Positions 50,953-61,490 are shown, numbered from the stretch's first letter. The stretch is DNA of 64,000 nucleotides from an uncultured Ruminococcus sp. (GCA_964530795.1 CAZHBX010000002.1:28719-92718), one strand, 5' to 3'. Notes: generated by a model from the letters alone, not told the origin. Translations and numbers: made by a program.

Positions 50953-50981
50953 TTGACAAAGCGAAGCAAATATGATACAAT
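50953..50981 (+). promoter_or_regulatory. extended -10 promoter of the GHL10 gene
   Basis: TTGACA, 17 nt, TGaTACAAT. Confidence 0.55.
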
Positions 50982-51024
50982 ATACATATTAAGAAATGAA
51001 TCTGCGGGAAAGGAAAAAATCCCT

Positions 51025-53496
51025 ATGAAAACTCACCGGTTTGCCCGATTGCGGGTGTTGACGTTCTTGCTTCTGACTTCCGCGCTGGCTTCCCCCATTT
51101 CGTCGCTCGGCGTTTCGGCCGAGGAGGAGAAAACCCACATTTTCCCGGTCAACGCCGTTAACGGCACACGCTGGGAGCAAACCCTCATTGTCTACCGTAA
51201 TGCGGAGACTACCGGGCAGAACCAGTACGGTTGGAACATCGTCGTCGATGCGGGCGGCAAGGTCATCGAGAAGATCCCGGCGGGGGACACGAGGGGCAGG
51301 GATCTTGCCATCCCGGCGGGCGGAATGGTGGTTTCCGGCTGTGACGATCCCGGCAAATTGCCCTACGACGCGGCGGAGATCGGTTCGAACGTCTATTTCG
51401 ACGCATACAGCTCGCGGGTGCTGATTTCCGCAGGGGAGATCGACCCGTTCTATGAATATACCTTACAGGCGACCGTGTATAATGACGTGCGCTATGCGCA
51501 GACCATCGTCCTGTACGATCGCGGGGAAACCACCGGGACCAATGGCTACGGCTACGAGGTCTGCGTTGGCGCGGACGGGCAGATTTTATCTTCCGGTGGC
51601 AATAACAACGCGGTCCCGGAGGGCGGATATGTGATCTCCGTCATTGAAAAAGCGGACGCGGACCTCCTCAAGACTTACTTCATTCCCGGCGCGTTCTGCA
51701 CGCTCGACGGGCTTCGCGTCACCGTGAAGTACGAGCCGCCGATGCTCACGACTACGGTGAAGGCGGAGCTCGAGGACATCCGGCGGGAACTGGAAACGGC
51801 GAAGGAAGAATTGCGGCTGGTGGATTACGACGCCGTTGAAACGCAGCTTGCGGACGCCGAGGCGGAAATCGCACAGATCGAAGCGGACGGCGGACTTTTG
51901 TCGTTTGCAGCCCGGGACGAATTGCTTTCCCGGCTCACGCCGATCCGGCTCGGGCTGACCGAACGTGCGCCGGTTGAGGTGCGCAGCGTCTGGTACGTTC
52001 CGACCGAATGGACCGCTGAAGGCGCGATTGAGACCGTCCGCCGTATGGCGGAAACCGGGATTAACCAAGTGCGGCTGGGCGTTTCGAACGGCTACCACAC
52101 GATCGTCCCCATGCCGGAGATGCTTGACGATGGCGCGGGCGGAAGCATCAAATTCCCCTTCCGCGTCGACGCGCGGTGCAGCGGCGTCGACCTGCTCGCG
52201 GTGTACGCCAAGGCGTGTCGGGAGGAAGGCGTCGAGCTGGTCGTGAGCATTCCGGTGTTTCAGAACACCGGCGGGGTGAACTACCAGAAAGAGTGGCAGA
52301 CCGCCACGAATAAGGAAACCGAGAACCTCGACCCGTTCTTCTCCCCGGCGAGCGATGAATACCGCGCCTATTTTCGCGCCTACGTCCGCTACATCATTCA
52401 GCATTATGACATTTCCGGACTGGAATTCGACTACATTCGTTACCCCTACTTTGACGGGAGCGTGGATTACGGCTACGACGAGGCCACCAAGCGGAAGTTC
52501 GCCGAAAAGACCGGTCTGCCCGCGTCAACGGTGGACGAGATCGGCGTGCAGCTGCGCTCGCACCCGCAATGGAACGACTGGGTGTGGTTCCGGGCGGGGT
52601 TGATTACGGAGTTTCTGGAGGAACTCCGGGGAATGGTCGGCGAGGTGCGGCCGGACCTGTATGTAACCGCCGCCGTCGCGGACGATACGTCGATTGAATC
52701 ATACTGCCAGGACAGTCGGACGTGGATGGACCGTTCGCTGGTGGACGGAATCTATCCAATGTCTTACGGAGAGAGTCTCATGCGGCCGTCCACGGAGAAG
52801 TTCTCCGCCTATCTCAATGAAAACACCTTTCTCGTCATGGGCTGCGGTGCCTATATGTCTTTCACCGAGGGGGAGATCGCCTTACAGGCCAAGCAGGCGC
52901 CTCTCTACGGGGCGGACGGCATCGCCTACTTTGAATGGAGCGCCTACAACGATTACGGCTACGCCGATTTCCTGCGCGGAACCATCTATGAGAACGACGC
53001 GCTGTCTTTCACGGCGCACGAGAGCGAAAGTGTCAGGCTGCTGGTCGAACAGGCGAAGAAACGCTTCAAGCTGTTCGGGACGGACGCGAGTGACCTGTTC
53101 GGGCAGTACGAAAGCGGGTCGCTCGACCTTTCCGGCCTGCTCGACGCGCTGCGGGAGAGAAGCGGCGAGAACGACTTCCTGTACCGCGATCTGGACCTTG
53201 CAAAGCGGATCGAAAACATTTCCCGCGAAAAATACCGCGGGACCGTCGAGCTTCTGCCGATTGATCTAAGCGCGGGCGGCGAGAGCGCCGGCGCGTCCTC
53301 CGGCGAAGAGAGTGTTTTCGGGGACGAACCGTCCGAATCCGAGGAAAGCGGGAGCGATCACGGCTGGCTGATTGCGGGCGTTACCGCCGCAGCCGTCGCC
53401 ATCGCGGCCGCGGTCGCCGCGTGCGCGGTTTTCCTGCGTAAGAGGGGCAAAAAAAGTAAACCCGGGCGGAAAACCCGGGCGAAAGGGATTCATTGA
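51025..53496 (+). CDS. glycoside-hydrolase-like family 10 (GHL10 / DUF187, YngK-like) protein with duplicated N-terminal module and C-terminal membrane anchor
   Basis: 823 aa from ATG 51025, with a signal peptide. Two similar roughly 110-aa N-terminal modules are present (..TTGQNQYGWNIVVDAGGKVI.. / ..TTGTNGYGYEVCVGADGQIL..). The TIM-barrel region has FDYIRYPY. The C-terminal TM is WLIAGVTAAAVAIAAAVAACAVFL followed by RKRGKK. Confidence 0.7.
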   Translation: MKTHRFARLRVLTFLLLTSALASPISSLGVSAEEEKTHIFPVNAVNGTRWEQTLIVYRNAETTGQNQYGWNIVVDAGGKVIEKIPAGDTRGRDLAIPAGGMVVSGCDDPGKLPYDAAEIGSNVYFDAYSSRVLISAGEIDPFYEYTLQATVYNDVRYAQTIVLYDRGETTGTNGYGYEVCVGADGQILSSGGNNNAVPEGGYVISVIEKADADLLKTYFIPGAFCTLDGLRVTVKYEPPMLTTTVKAELEDIRRELETAKEELRLVDYDAVETQLADAEAEIAQIEADGGLLSFAARDELLSRLTPIRLGLTERAPVEVRSVWYVPTEWTAEGAIETVRRMAETGINQVRLGVSNGYHTIVPMPEMLDDGAGGSIKFPFRVDARCSGVDLLAVYAKACREEGVELVVSIPVFQNTGGVNYQKEWQTATNKETENLDPFFSPASDEYRAYFRAYVRYIIQHYDISGLEFDYIRYPYFDGSVDYGYDEATKRKFAEKTGLPASTVDEIGVQLRSHPQWNDWVWFRAGLITEFLEELRGMVGEVRPDLYVTAAVADDTSIESYCQDSRTWMDRSLVDGIYPMSYGESLMRPSTEKFSAYLNENTFLVMGCGAYMSFTEGEIALQAKQAPLYGADGIAYFEWSAYNDYGYADFLRGTIYENDALSFTAHESESVRLLVEQAKKRFKLFGTDASDLFGQYESGSLDLSGLLDALRERSGENDFLYRDLDLAKRIENISREKYRGTVELLPIDLSAGGESAGASSGEESVFGDEPSESEESGSDHGWLIAGVTAAAVAIAAAVAACAVFLRKRGKKSKPGRKTRAKGIH

Positions 53497-53535
53497 CGCA
53501 TAGAACCGACCATCTGTCCCTTTCTCTTTTGCCGC

Positions 53536-54822
53536 TCAGAACAGGTTGAGCACACGCGGGTAGAACAGATTGTTAAGCAGAGCGAGGTTCTGCGGGTTGG
53601 GTCGCATGAAGTTCCAGTAGAGCGCCCCGCGAAGCCCGTATTCCGGCAGCAGCCGCAGCCGCGTGTCCAGCGAGCGCACATCCTCGAACCAGACGACGTG
53701 CTCGGTTCCGTCGGATGTGTAGCGGAAGAACGGGGCCTGCACGGTTTCGTCATACTGAATTTCCGCTCCGACATCCCCGGCGAGCAGGAACGCCTCGGCG
53801 ACCGAGAGCGACCGCGCCATGGAAAGCCCCTGCACGAACGGGAGCGTGAAGTCGTAGCCGTAGTTGGAGACCCCGAGGAAGATTTTTTCCGCCGGGATGC
53901 GGGTTAAGGCGTACTCGATGACGTTGCGGACCGGCTGGATCGGGGAAACCGCCATCGGCGGGCCGTAGGTGTACCCCCATTCGTAGGTCATCAGCAGCAC
54001 GCAGTTGACTGCCTGCCCGATGGCGGCGTAGTCGTGCCCCTCGTAGAGCGTGCCGGGCTGGTCGTCGCGGGTCTTCGGCGCGAGGGCGGCGAGGATCGGG
54101 TAGCCGGCGGGGTTAAGCGTCTGGCGCAGCCGCGAAAGGAAGTTTGCGTAGAGCTGCGCGTTCTCCGCCCCGAGAAACTCGAAATCCACGTCTAAACCGT
54201 AATACCCCTTCCTGCGCAGGGTCTCGAGCAGTTCGTTAATCAGCGTCTGCTGGGCATTTTCATCCCGCAGCAGGGCGGCGGCGAGCTCGGAGGAAAAGTT
54301 GCCGTCGTCGGTCAGGGTGGAAAGGTGCATGACAGGAGAGACGCTGTAGGAGAACGCCTCTTGCAGCAGTTCCCCGTCGTCGAGTGGAATGAGCGTCCCG
54401 TCCGGGCGGAAGCCATAGGTAAACGGCATGATCCCGGACAACAGCGGCAGGGTCTGCCGGTAGAGCGTTCCGTTCACGAACGGATAGACGTACCCGCCGA
54501 CCATGTATGCCCCGATGCGGTCGGCCTCCGTGCCGAGGTAGAGTATGTCGCCGGGGAAAATCTCGCTGCCCCCATTCAGGAACAAGTTGTTGCGCCAGAG
54601 GGTGCGCACGGTCAGCCCATAGCGGGAGGCGATGCCGTAGAGGGTTTCGCCCGCCGTGACCGTGTGGGTCGCCGTCGGAATCGCCACGAGCAGCGTCATC
54701 CCGACCGGCAGTTTTTCCGGCACCGCTACGCCGTTGTCCGCCGCAAGATTGCGAACCGGCACGCCGTATTGCCTCGCGACAGACGTGAGCGTCTCCCCGG
54801 AGGTCACCGTATGAAAAATCAT
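53536..54822 (-). CDS. 2x LysM + GH18 peptidoglycan hydrolase (YaaH/SleL-like spore cortex-lytic type)
   Basis: 428 aa. Two LysM repeats are present (HTVTSGETLTSVARQYGV.., HTVTAGETLYGIASRYGL..). The GH18 catalytic motif is GLDVDFEF. Confidence 0.8.
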   Translation of the reverse strand: MIFHTVTSGETLTSVARQYGVPVRNLAADNGVAVPEKLPVGMTLLVAIPTATHTVTAGETLYGIASRYGLTVRTLWRNNLFLNGGSEIFPGDILYLGTEADRIGAYMVGGYVYPFVNGTLYRQTLPLLSGIMPFTYGFRPDGTLIPLDDGELLQEAFSYSVSPVMHLSTLTDDGNFSSELAAALLRDENAQQTLINELLETLRRKGYYGLDVDFEFLGAENAQLYANFLSRLRQTLNPAGYPILAALAPKTRDDQPGTLYEGHDYAAIGQAVNCVLLMTYEWGYTYGPPMAVSPIQPVRNVIEYALTRIPAEKIFLGVSNYGYDFTLPFVQGLSMARSLSVAEAFLLAGDVGAEIQYDETVQAPFFRYTSDGTEHVVWFEDVRSLDTRLRLLPEYGLRGALYWNFMRPNPQNLALLNNLFYPRVLNLF

Positions 54823-54858
54823 TGCCCGTTCTCTCCTTTGAAGCCGTCAGAAAAGGAC

Positions 54859-54887
54859 TTGACAAGCCGGAAACCCTATGCTATAAT
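54859..54887 (+). promoter_or_regulatory. extended -10 promoter of argS
   Basis: TTGACA, 17 nt, TGcTATAAT. Confidence 0.6.
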
Positions 54888-54972
54888 ATACCGGTTATAC
54901 AATATGGTCCTATGGCCCCGGTTTTTCCCTTGCAAACGACGTTTTATTACTATCATATAAGGAAACAAGACT

Positions 54973-56679
54973 ATGCGTGACAACAAAACCACCCTTGCGG
55001 AAAGGCTCGCGTCGCTGCTCGCCGGGCAGGGGGTGTCCCTGACGGCGGAGGAGGCGGCCGGACTGTTTGAAACCCCCGCCGACCCGAAGCTGGGCGATCT
55101 GGCCCTGCCCTGCTTTAAGCTGGCGAAGCTGCTGCGGAGCGCACCGCCGAAGATCGCGTCTGAACTCTCGCCCGCCTTCGCCGGGACGGAGGGGATTGCC
55201 AAGGCCGAAGCGGTCGGCGGATACCTCAATTTCTTCTACGACGGCGCGTCGGCGGTTTCAGAGGTCGACGAAATTTTGCAGGACGAGCGTTTCGGCTCCT
55301 CTGACGAGGGAAATGGGAAGACGATTTGCCTCGACTTTTCTTCTCCCAACATCGCCAAGCGTTTTCACCTCGGACATCTCGGCACGACGGTCATCGGCAA
55401 CGCTCTGCGGAATCTGTTCAACTTTCGCGGTTACAAGACCGTCGCCATCAACCACCTTGGCGACTGGGGCACCCAGTTTGGCAAGCTGATCTGCGCTTAC
55501 CAGAACTGGTCGTCGCAGGAGAGGCTTGAACAGGATGGGATCACCGAGCTTGAAAGGCTCTACGTCCGCTTCTGCACGGCGGAAAAGGAGGACCCGTCCC
55601 TGACGCAGGAAGCGCGGGACGCCTTCCATCGGCTGGAGTGCGGGGACAAGGAATGCCTGAAGATCTGGAAGACTTTCAAGGACATCTCCCTGCCGGAATA
55701 CCAGAAGACCTACGACTTACTGGGGATCACGTTCGATTCCTATATCGGAGAGGCGTTTTTTTCGGACAAAATGCCCGCCGTGGTGGAGGAACTGCGGGAG
55801 AAGGGACTGCTTGAGCTGGACGACGGTGCGTCGGTCGTGCGGCTGGACGAGGAGGGGATGCCTCCCTGCCTGATTCTCAAGCGGGACGGCTCGACGCTCT
55901 ATCCGGCGCGGGACATTGCCGCCGCCATTTGGCGCAAAAAGACTTACGACTTTGAAAAATGCCTGTACGTGACGAGCGCGGGGCAGAGCCTGCATTTCGC
56001 GCAGTGGTTTCAGGTGGTTCGGAAGATGGGATACGATTGGGCGGACGGACTGGTGCACGTTCCCTACGGCACGATGAGCGTCGGCGGAGAAAAGCTCGCG
56101 TCCCGAACCGGGAACGTCGTGCTGTTGGAGGACTTGCTTTCCGAAGCCGTCCGCAAGTGCGAGCAGGTCATCGCAGAGAAGCATCCGGACCTGTCAAACC
56201 GCGAGGAAACCGCAAAGGCGGTTGGCGTGGGCGCCGTGGTGTTTAACGCCCTGTCCAACAGCCGCATCAAGGACAGCGACTTCAACTGGGAGAACGCGCT
56301 CTCCTTCGAGGGCAACGCCGGGCCGTATGTGCAGTACACCTACGCGCGCACGTCGAGCATCCTGCGCAAGAACGGCGGACTTCCGCCCGCGTCTCCCGCC
56401 GGCTATACGCCCGGTGCGGAGGAGACGGCGCTCGCGAAGAAGCTCTCTGCGTTCCCGGAGGCGGTCGACCGTGCGATCGAGGCGTATGAGCCGAGCGTCA
56501 TTTCCCGCTATCTGCTCGCCGTCTGTGCGCTTTTTAACCAGTTCTACCAAAATTGCCGCATTCTCAACGCGGACGGGGAGGACGCACGAGTTTTCCGGGT
56601 GCGCCTTTCCGCGGCGACGCATACCGTGATCGGTAACGGGCTTGATCTGCTCGGCATCCGCCGGACGGAGGAAATCTGA
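54973..56679 (+). CDS. argS: arginine--tRNA ligase
   Basis: 568 aa. It has a HIGH-type motif (SPNIAKRFHLGHL) and a class I ArgRS architecture with a DALR anticodon-binding C-terminus. Confidence 0.95.
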   Translation: MRDNKTTLAERLASLLAGQGVSLTAEEAAGLFETPADPKLGDLALPCFKLAKLLRSAPPKIASELSPAFAGTEGIAKAEAVGGYLNFFYDGASAVSEVDEILQDERFGSSDEGNGKTICLDFSSPNIAKRFHLGHLGTTVIGNALRNLFNFRGYKTVAINHLGDWGTQFGKLICAYQNWSSQERLEQDGITELERLYVRFCTAEKEDPSLTQEARDAFHRLECGDKECLKIWKTFKDISLPEYQKTYDLLGITFDSYIGEAFFSDKMPAVVEELREKGLLELDDGASVVRLDEEGMPPCLILKRDGSTLYPARDIAAAIWRKKTYDFEKCLYVTSAGQSLHFAQWFQVVRKMGYDWADGLVHVPYGTMSVGGEKLASRTGNVVLLEDLLSEAVRKCEQVIAEKHPDLSNREETAKAVGVGAVVFNALSNSRIKDSDFNWENALSFEGNAGPYVQYTYARTSSILRKNGGLPPASPAGYTPGAEETALAKKLSAFPEAVDRAIEAYEPSVISRYLLAVCALFNQFYQNCRILNADGEDARVFRVRLSAATHTVIGNGLDLLGIRRTEEI

Positions 56680-56722
56680 AAATCATTTTGCAGGGGTTAC
56701 AACGAAGAGGGGGTTGACAGGT

Positions 56723-57445
56723 ATGTCCGGACATTCGAAGTGGAAAAATATTATGCATAAGAAGGAGAAGACCGACGCCGCGCGGGCGAAAGTTTTCACG
56801 AAGGTTGGCAAGGAGATCGCCATGGCGGTGCGGGAAGGCGGGCCGGATCCGGTTTCCAACAGCAAGCTGCGTGACCTTATTACCAAGGCGAAGAGCCTCA
56901 ACGTGCCGAACGACAACATCAAGCGCATCATCGACAAGGCGTCGAGCGACAACAGCGCCGCCTACGAATTCGTCACCTACGAGGGCTACGGACCGGGCGG
57001 GGTGGCCGTCATCGTCGAAACGGCGACGGACAATCGCAACCGCACGGCTCCGGAGGTGCGTCACGCGTTCGACAAGTTCGGCGGCAACCTCGGCACGAAC
57101 GGGTGCGTGTCCTTTCTCTTTTCGGAGAAAGGGGTCATCGTCGTGTCAAACGAGAACGGCGACGTGAATGAGGAAGTACTGATGGACGATGCGCTCGAAG
57201 CGGGCGCGGGGGATTTCTCGTCCGAGGACGACTGCTTTGAAATCTATACCGAGCCGGAGGATTTCTCGACAGTCTGCGAAGCGCTGTCCGGCAAGGGGTA
57301 CAGTTTCCTGTCGGCGGAGATCGAAAAGGTCCCGGCGACCTACGTCGAACTCGACGATGAGCAGGCGGGGCTGATGCAGAAGCTGCTCGAACGGCTCGAG
57401 GACAACGACGACGTGCAGAACGTCTGGCACAACTGGGACGAGTGA
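56723..57445 (+). CDS. yebC: YebC/PmpR-family transcriptional regulator
   Basis: 240 aa. The N-terminus MSGHSKWKNIMHKKEKTDAARAKVFTK is canonical. Confidence 0.95.
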   Translation: MSGHSKWKNIMHKKEKTDAARAKVFTKVGKEIAMAVREGGPDPVSNSKLRDLITKAKSLNVPNDNIKRIIDKASSDNSAAYEFVTYEGYGPGGVAVIVETATDNRNRTAPEVRHAFDKFGGNLGTNGCVSFLFSEKGVIVVSNENGDVNEEVLMDDALEAGAGDFSSEDDCFEIYTEPEDFSTVCEALSGKGYSFLSAEIEKVPATYVELDDEQAGLMQKLLERLEDNDDVQNVWHNWDE

Positions 57446-57448
57446 CGC

Positions 57449-58024
57449 ATGCGTGTCGGCATTTTTGGCGGCAGCTTTGATCCGGTGCACAACGGGCACG
57501 TTCATGCGGCGGAATGTTTCCGGGAGGAGTGCGCGCTGGATTTAGTCTACGTCCTTCCGAACAGCATCCCGAACCTCAAGGATCGCAAGGTCGCTCCGGC
57601 GGAGGACCGGCTCGCCATGCTGCGTCTGGCGTTCGCAGGGAAGGAACAGGAAGGGTTTCTTGTCAGCGATCTCGAGGTGCGCAGGGGCGGGGTGAGCTAC
57701 ACCTGCGACACGGTGGCAGAGTTACAGGCGAAGCACCCGGGCGCGGAGCTGTACCTGTTCTTCGGGGACGACTGGCTGGAGGATCTGCCGCGCTGGAAGA
57801 ACGTGCGGGAACTGCTCACGAACGTGATCGTCGCTCTTGCGAATCGCAGCGGGCGCGATGTGACGGCGCCGGTGGCGGAGCTGGAACGAACCTACGGGGC
57901 GAAGTTTCGGCTGCTGCGCTTTCAGGCGCTCGACGCGTCCTCGACGGACCGCCGCGCGGGGAATTCTTCACTCTGCTGTGAAGCCGTCAACCGCTATATT
58001 GCGGAAAAAGGGCTCTACGCCTGA
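57449..58024 (+). CDS. nadD: nicotinate-nucleotide adenylyltransferase
   Basis: 191 aa with the GGSFDPVHNGH motif. Confidence 0.9.
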   Translation: MRVGIFGGSFDPVHNGHVHAAECFREECALDLVYVLPNSIPNLKDRKVAPAEDRLAMLRLAFAGKEQEGFLVSDLEVRRGGVSYTCDTVAELQAKHPGAELYLFFGDDWLEDLPRWKNVRELLTNVIVALANRSGRDVTAPVAELERTYGAKFRLLRFQALDASSTDRRAGNSSLCCEAVNRYIAEKGLYA

Positions 58025-58042
58025 AAAAGCAGGAAGGAAACT

Positions 58043-58675
58043 ATGAGGGAACTGATCGAAACCGTGCGGCGGGAGCTGCGGATGAGCGAAAAGCGCCGCC
58101 GGCACACCGAAGGGGTTGCCGAGACGGCGAAACTGCTCGCGAGCCGGCACTTCCCGACGGAAATTTCGCCGGAGGAGGCAGAGCTCGCCGCGTTGCTGCA
58201 CGATTACACGAAGGAATACCCGGTCGAAAAAAACCTTGAGATCTGCCGGCAGTACGACATGGAGGTCCCGCCGGAAGAGCTGGACACCCCGAAGCTGCTC
58301 CACGCGCGGTCGGCGTCGCTGATTGCGGAGCATATTTACGGCGCGCCGGAGCAAATTTGCGCGGCGGTCCGCTGGCATACGACCGGCCGCCCTGCCATGC
58401 GTCCGCTGGAGCTGGTGATCTATTTCGCCGATTATATCGAACCCGGGCGGACGGATCCGGGCTGCGTGCGTCTGCGGGAATATTACGAGCGGCAGTACCA
58501 ATCGCGCAAGGACAAGACGCGCTCGCTGTATCTGGCGCTGGTGCGCTCCTTTGACACGACGATTCGATACCTGCTCGCGGAAAAAAAGACGATCGATTCC
58601 TGCACCGTCGCCGCCCGGAACTACTACCTCGGGCTTGTCAATGCAGCGAATCCCCACACGGGAAAGGACGGATAA
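58043..58675 (+). CDS. yqeK: HD-domain bis(5'-nucleosyl)-tetraphosphatase YqeK
   Basis: 210 aa. It has RRRHTEGV...LLHDYTKE and the conserved position between nadD and rsfS. Confidence 0.85.
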   Translation: MRELIETVRRELRMSEKRRRHTEGVAETAKLLASRHFPTEISPEEAELAALLHDYTKEYPVEKNLEICRQYDMEVPPEELDTPKLLHARSASLIAEHIYGAPEQICAAVRWHTTGRPAMRPLELVIYFADYIEPGRTDPGCVRLREYYERQYQSRKDKTRSLYLALVRSFDTTIRYLLAEKKTIDSCTVAARNYYLGLVNAANPHTGKDG

Positions 58676-58681
58676 CAGTTT

Positions 58682-59065
58682 ATGGATCAGCAACAACCGT
58701 TGACCGAAGAACGGCAAAAGGAACTCGCCGAACGCATTGCGGCTCTCGCCGCGTCCGCGCTTGAGGACAAGAAAGGGTTGGACGTACAGACGCTTCCGGT
58801 CGCGAAGCAGACCCCGCTTGCGGATTTCTTTGTCCTTGCGACCGGCACGTCCGGCACACACGTCCGCGCGCTGGCGGACGAGGTGGAATTCCGCATTCGG
58901 CAGGAGCTGAACGTCGGGCCTTTGCACGTCGAGGGCTACCGCAACAGCCTCTGGTATCTGCTGGATTACGGCTCGGTCGTCGTGCACATCTTTACCGACG
59001 AGGGGCGGAAATTCTATCATCTCGAGCGACTCTGGGGCGACGACAAAGGTCGAAGCTCTCTGTGA
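58682..59065 (+). CDS. rsfS: ribosome silencing factor RsfS
   Basis: 127 aa. ..ADFFVLATGTSGTHVRALADEV...EGY....WYLLDYGSVVVHIF matches RsfS. Confidence 0.9.
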   Translation: MDQQQPLTEERQKELAERIAALAASALEDKKGLDVQTLPVAKQTPLADFFVLATGTSGTHVRALADEVEFRIRQELNVGPLHVEGYRNSLWYLLDYGSVVVHIFTDEGRKFYHLERLWGDDKGRSSL

Positions 59066-59090
59066 ACCGAGGAAAGGAAGAACACCCACT

Positions 59091-61490
59091 ATGGAGCACA
59101 ATTTTAGGGAAATCGAGCCGAAATGGCAAAAAAAATGGGAGGAAGCCGGGCTGTTCCGAGCGGAGGACGGGAGCAAGAAGCCGAAGTTCTACGCCCTTGT
59201 GGAGTTTCCCTATCCGAGCGGCCACGGGATGCACATCGGGCATATCAAGGCCTACGGCGGATTGGAGGTCGTTTCCCGCAAGCGGCGGATGCAGGGGTAT
59301 AACGTGCTGTTTCCGATCGGCTTCGACGCTTTTGGCTTGCCTACCGAGACGACCGCTATTAAGGACGGCGTGCATCCCCGCGTCCTGACCGACCGAAATA
59401 TTAAGAAATTTACCGAACAGCTCAAGCGGGTCGGGTTCTCCTTCGACTGGTCCCGGACGGTGGACACGACGGACGAGGGGTATTACCGCTGGACGCAGTG
59501 GATCTTTCGCAAGATGTTTGACGCGGGGCTGGCGTTCCGCGATAAGACGCTCGTAAATTTCTGCCCGCACTGCCAAGTCGTGCTTTCCAATGAGGACTCA
59601 CAGGGCGGGAAGTGTGACATCTGCCACAACGACGTGGTGCAAAAGTCCAAGGACGTCTGGTACCTGCGCATCACCGCCTACGCGGATAAGCTGCTCGAAG
59701 GGCTCGACCACGTTGACTACCTGCCGAACATCCGCAACCAGCAGGAGAACTGGATCGGCCGTTCGGCCGGCGCGTTTGTTAACTTCCCGCTTAAGGAGGT
59801 CGATGACAAGCTGCGCATCTACACCACCCGCTGCGACACGCTTTTCGGCGTGACCTTCATGGTCATCGCCCCGGAGCATCCGGTGCTCGACACCTACGCC
59901 GACAAAGTCAAAAACATGGACGAGGTACTCGCCTACCGCGCTGAATGCGCCAAAAAAACCGAGTTTGAGCGGACGCAGCTCGTCAAGGACAAGACCGGCG
60001 TGCGCATCAACGGGCTGACGGCGATCAACCCGATTACGGGCCGGGAGATCCCGATTTTCATTTCAGATTACGTCATGATGGGCTACGGAACCGGGGCGAT
60101 CATGGCTGTTCCGGCACACGACACCCGCGACTACGCCTTCGCCAAGAAGTTCGGGGTAGAGATCCTGCCGGTTATCGAGGGCGGGGATATCTCCAAGGAC
60201 GCCTACACGGGCGAGGGGCGGATGATTAATTCCGGCTTCCTCAACGGGTTGACCGACAAGAAATCCTCCATCGCACGGATGCTTGAGGAACTTGAAAAGC
60301 GGGGCGTCGGCGAAGCGGGCGTGCAGTACAAGATGAAGGACTGGGCGTTTAACCGTCAGCGCTACTGGGGTGAGCCAATTCCGATCGTGCATTGTCCGAA
60401 GTGCGGGATGGTCGGCGTGCCCTACGAGGAACTGCCGCTGAGACTGCCGGAAGTGGAAAACTTCGAACCCGGGGAGGGCGGAGAGTCCCCGCTCGCGAAA
60501 GTGGAGTCCTTTGTGAATTGCAAGTGCCCGAAGTGCGGCGGCGACGCGAAACGGGAGACCGACACGATGCCCCAGTGGGCGGGTTCGTCGTGGTACTTCC
60601 TGCGCTACACCGATCCGCACAACGACAAGGCCCTTGCCGACTCGGAAAAGATGAAATACTGGCTGCCGGTGGACTGGTACAATGGCGGGATGGAACATGT
60701 GACCCGTCATATGATCTATTCCCGCTTCTGGCACCGCTTCCTGTACGATATCGGTGTGGTACCCTGTCCGGAGCCTTACGCGAAACGGACGGCGCAGGGG
60801 TTGGTGCTCGGTGCGAACGGCGTGAAGATGTCCAAGTCGCTCGGCAACGTCATCGACCCGAATGACGTCATCGACCGCTGCGGCGCGGACGTGATGCGAA
60901 CGTACATTTTATTCATGGGTGACTACGAGCAGGCGGCGCCGTGGTCGGACAGCTCGGTCCGTGGCTGTAAGCGGCTGATTGAGCGGTTTGCCGCCCTGAC
61001 CGACCTGCTGACCGAACAGCAGGTCCCGTCGCTGGTGACGCCGCTGCACCGCACGATCCGCAAGGTGTCCGAGGACATCGAAAGCATGAAGTTCAATACG
61101 GCCATCGCCGCTATTATGACCTTTGTCAACGACGTTTACGCTGCGGGGGCAATCGACCGCGAATCCCTTATGACCCTGACCAAGCTGCTTTGCCCGTTTG
61201 CGCCGCATATCTGTGAGGAAATGTGGCAGGAATTGGGTGGAGAGGGATTCTGTTCCGTTGCTTCGTGGCCGGAATACGACGAGGAAAAGACCAAGGAAGC
61301 GACGGTAGAGATCGCCGTGCAGCTCTGCGGGAAGGTGCGCGGGCGGCTGACCGTCCCGGTCGACGCGACGCAAGCGGACGTCCTCGCCGCTATTCAGGCG
61401 GACGAAACGCTCTCCCCGATGCTCGTGGGCAAGCAGATCGTCAAGCAGATCTACGTGCCGGGCCGGCTGTGCAACCTCGTGGTGAAATAA
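59091..61490 (+). CDS. leuS: leucine--tRNA ligase
   Basis: 799 aa. It has the HIGH region (PYPSGHGMHIGH) and KMSKS (VKMSKSLGN). Confidence 0.97.
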   Translation: MEHNFREIEPKWQKKWEEAGLFRAEDGSKKPKFYALVEFPYPSGHGMHIGHIKAYGGLEVVSRKRRMQGYNVLFPIGFDAFGLPTETTAIKDGVHPRVLTDRNIKKFTEQLKRVGFSFDWSRTVDTTDEGYYRWTQWIFRKMFDAGLAFRDKTLVNFCPHCQVVLSNEDSQGGKCDICHNDVVQKSKDVWYLRITAYADKLLEGLDHVDYLPNIRNQQENWIGRSAGAFVNFPLKEVDDKLRIYTTRCDTLFGVTFMVIAPEHPVLDTYADKVKNMDEVLAYRAECAKKTEFERTQLVKDKTGVRINGLTAINPITGREIPIFISDYVMMGYGTGAIMAVPAHDTRDYAFAKKFGVEILPVIEGGDISKDAYTGEGRMINSGFLNGLTDKKSSIARMLEELEKRGVGEAGVQYKMKDWAFNRQRYWGEPIPIVHCPKCGMVGVPYEELPLRLPEVENFEPGEGGESPLAKVESFVNCKCPKCGGDAKRETDTMPQWAGSSWYFLRYTDPHNDKALADSEKMKYWLPVDWYNGGMEHVTRHMIYSRFWHRFLYDIGVVPCPEPYAKRTAQGLVLGANGVKMSKSLGNVIDPNDVIDRCGADVMRTYILFMGDYEQAAPWSDSSVRGCKRLIERFAALTDLLTEQQVPSLVTPLHRTIRKVSEDIESMKFNTAIAAIMTFVNDVYAAGAIDRESLMTLTKLLCPFAPHICEEMWQELGGEGFCSVASWPEYDEEKTKEATVEIAVQLCGKVRGRLTVPVDATQADVLAAIQADETLSPMLVGKQIVKQIYVPGRLCNLVVK

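Noticed and set aside
54823-54972. Possible T-box leaders for argS (and leuS at 59066-59090).
   Set aside because: The argS leader after the promoter is only about 85 nt and lacks specifier/T-box features. leuS is co-transcribed directly behind rsfS.
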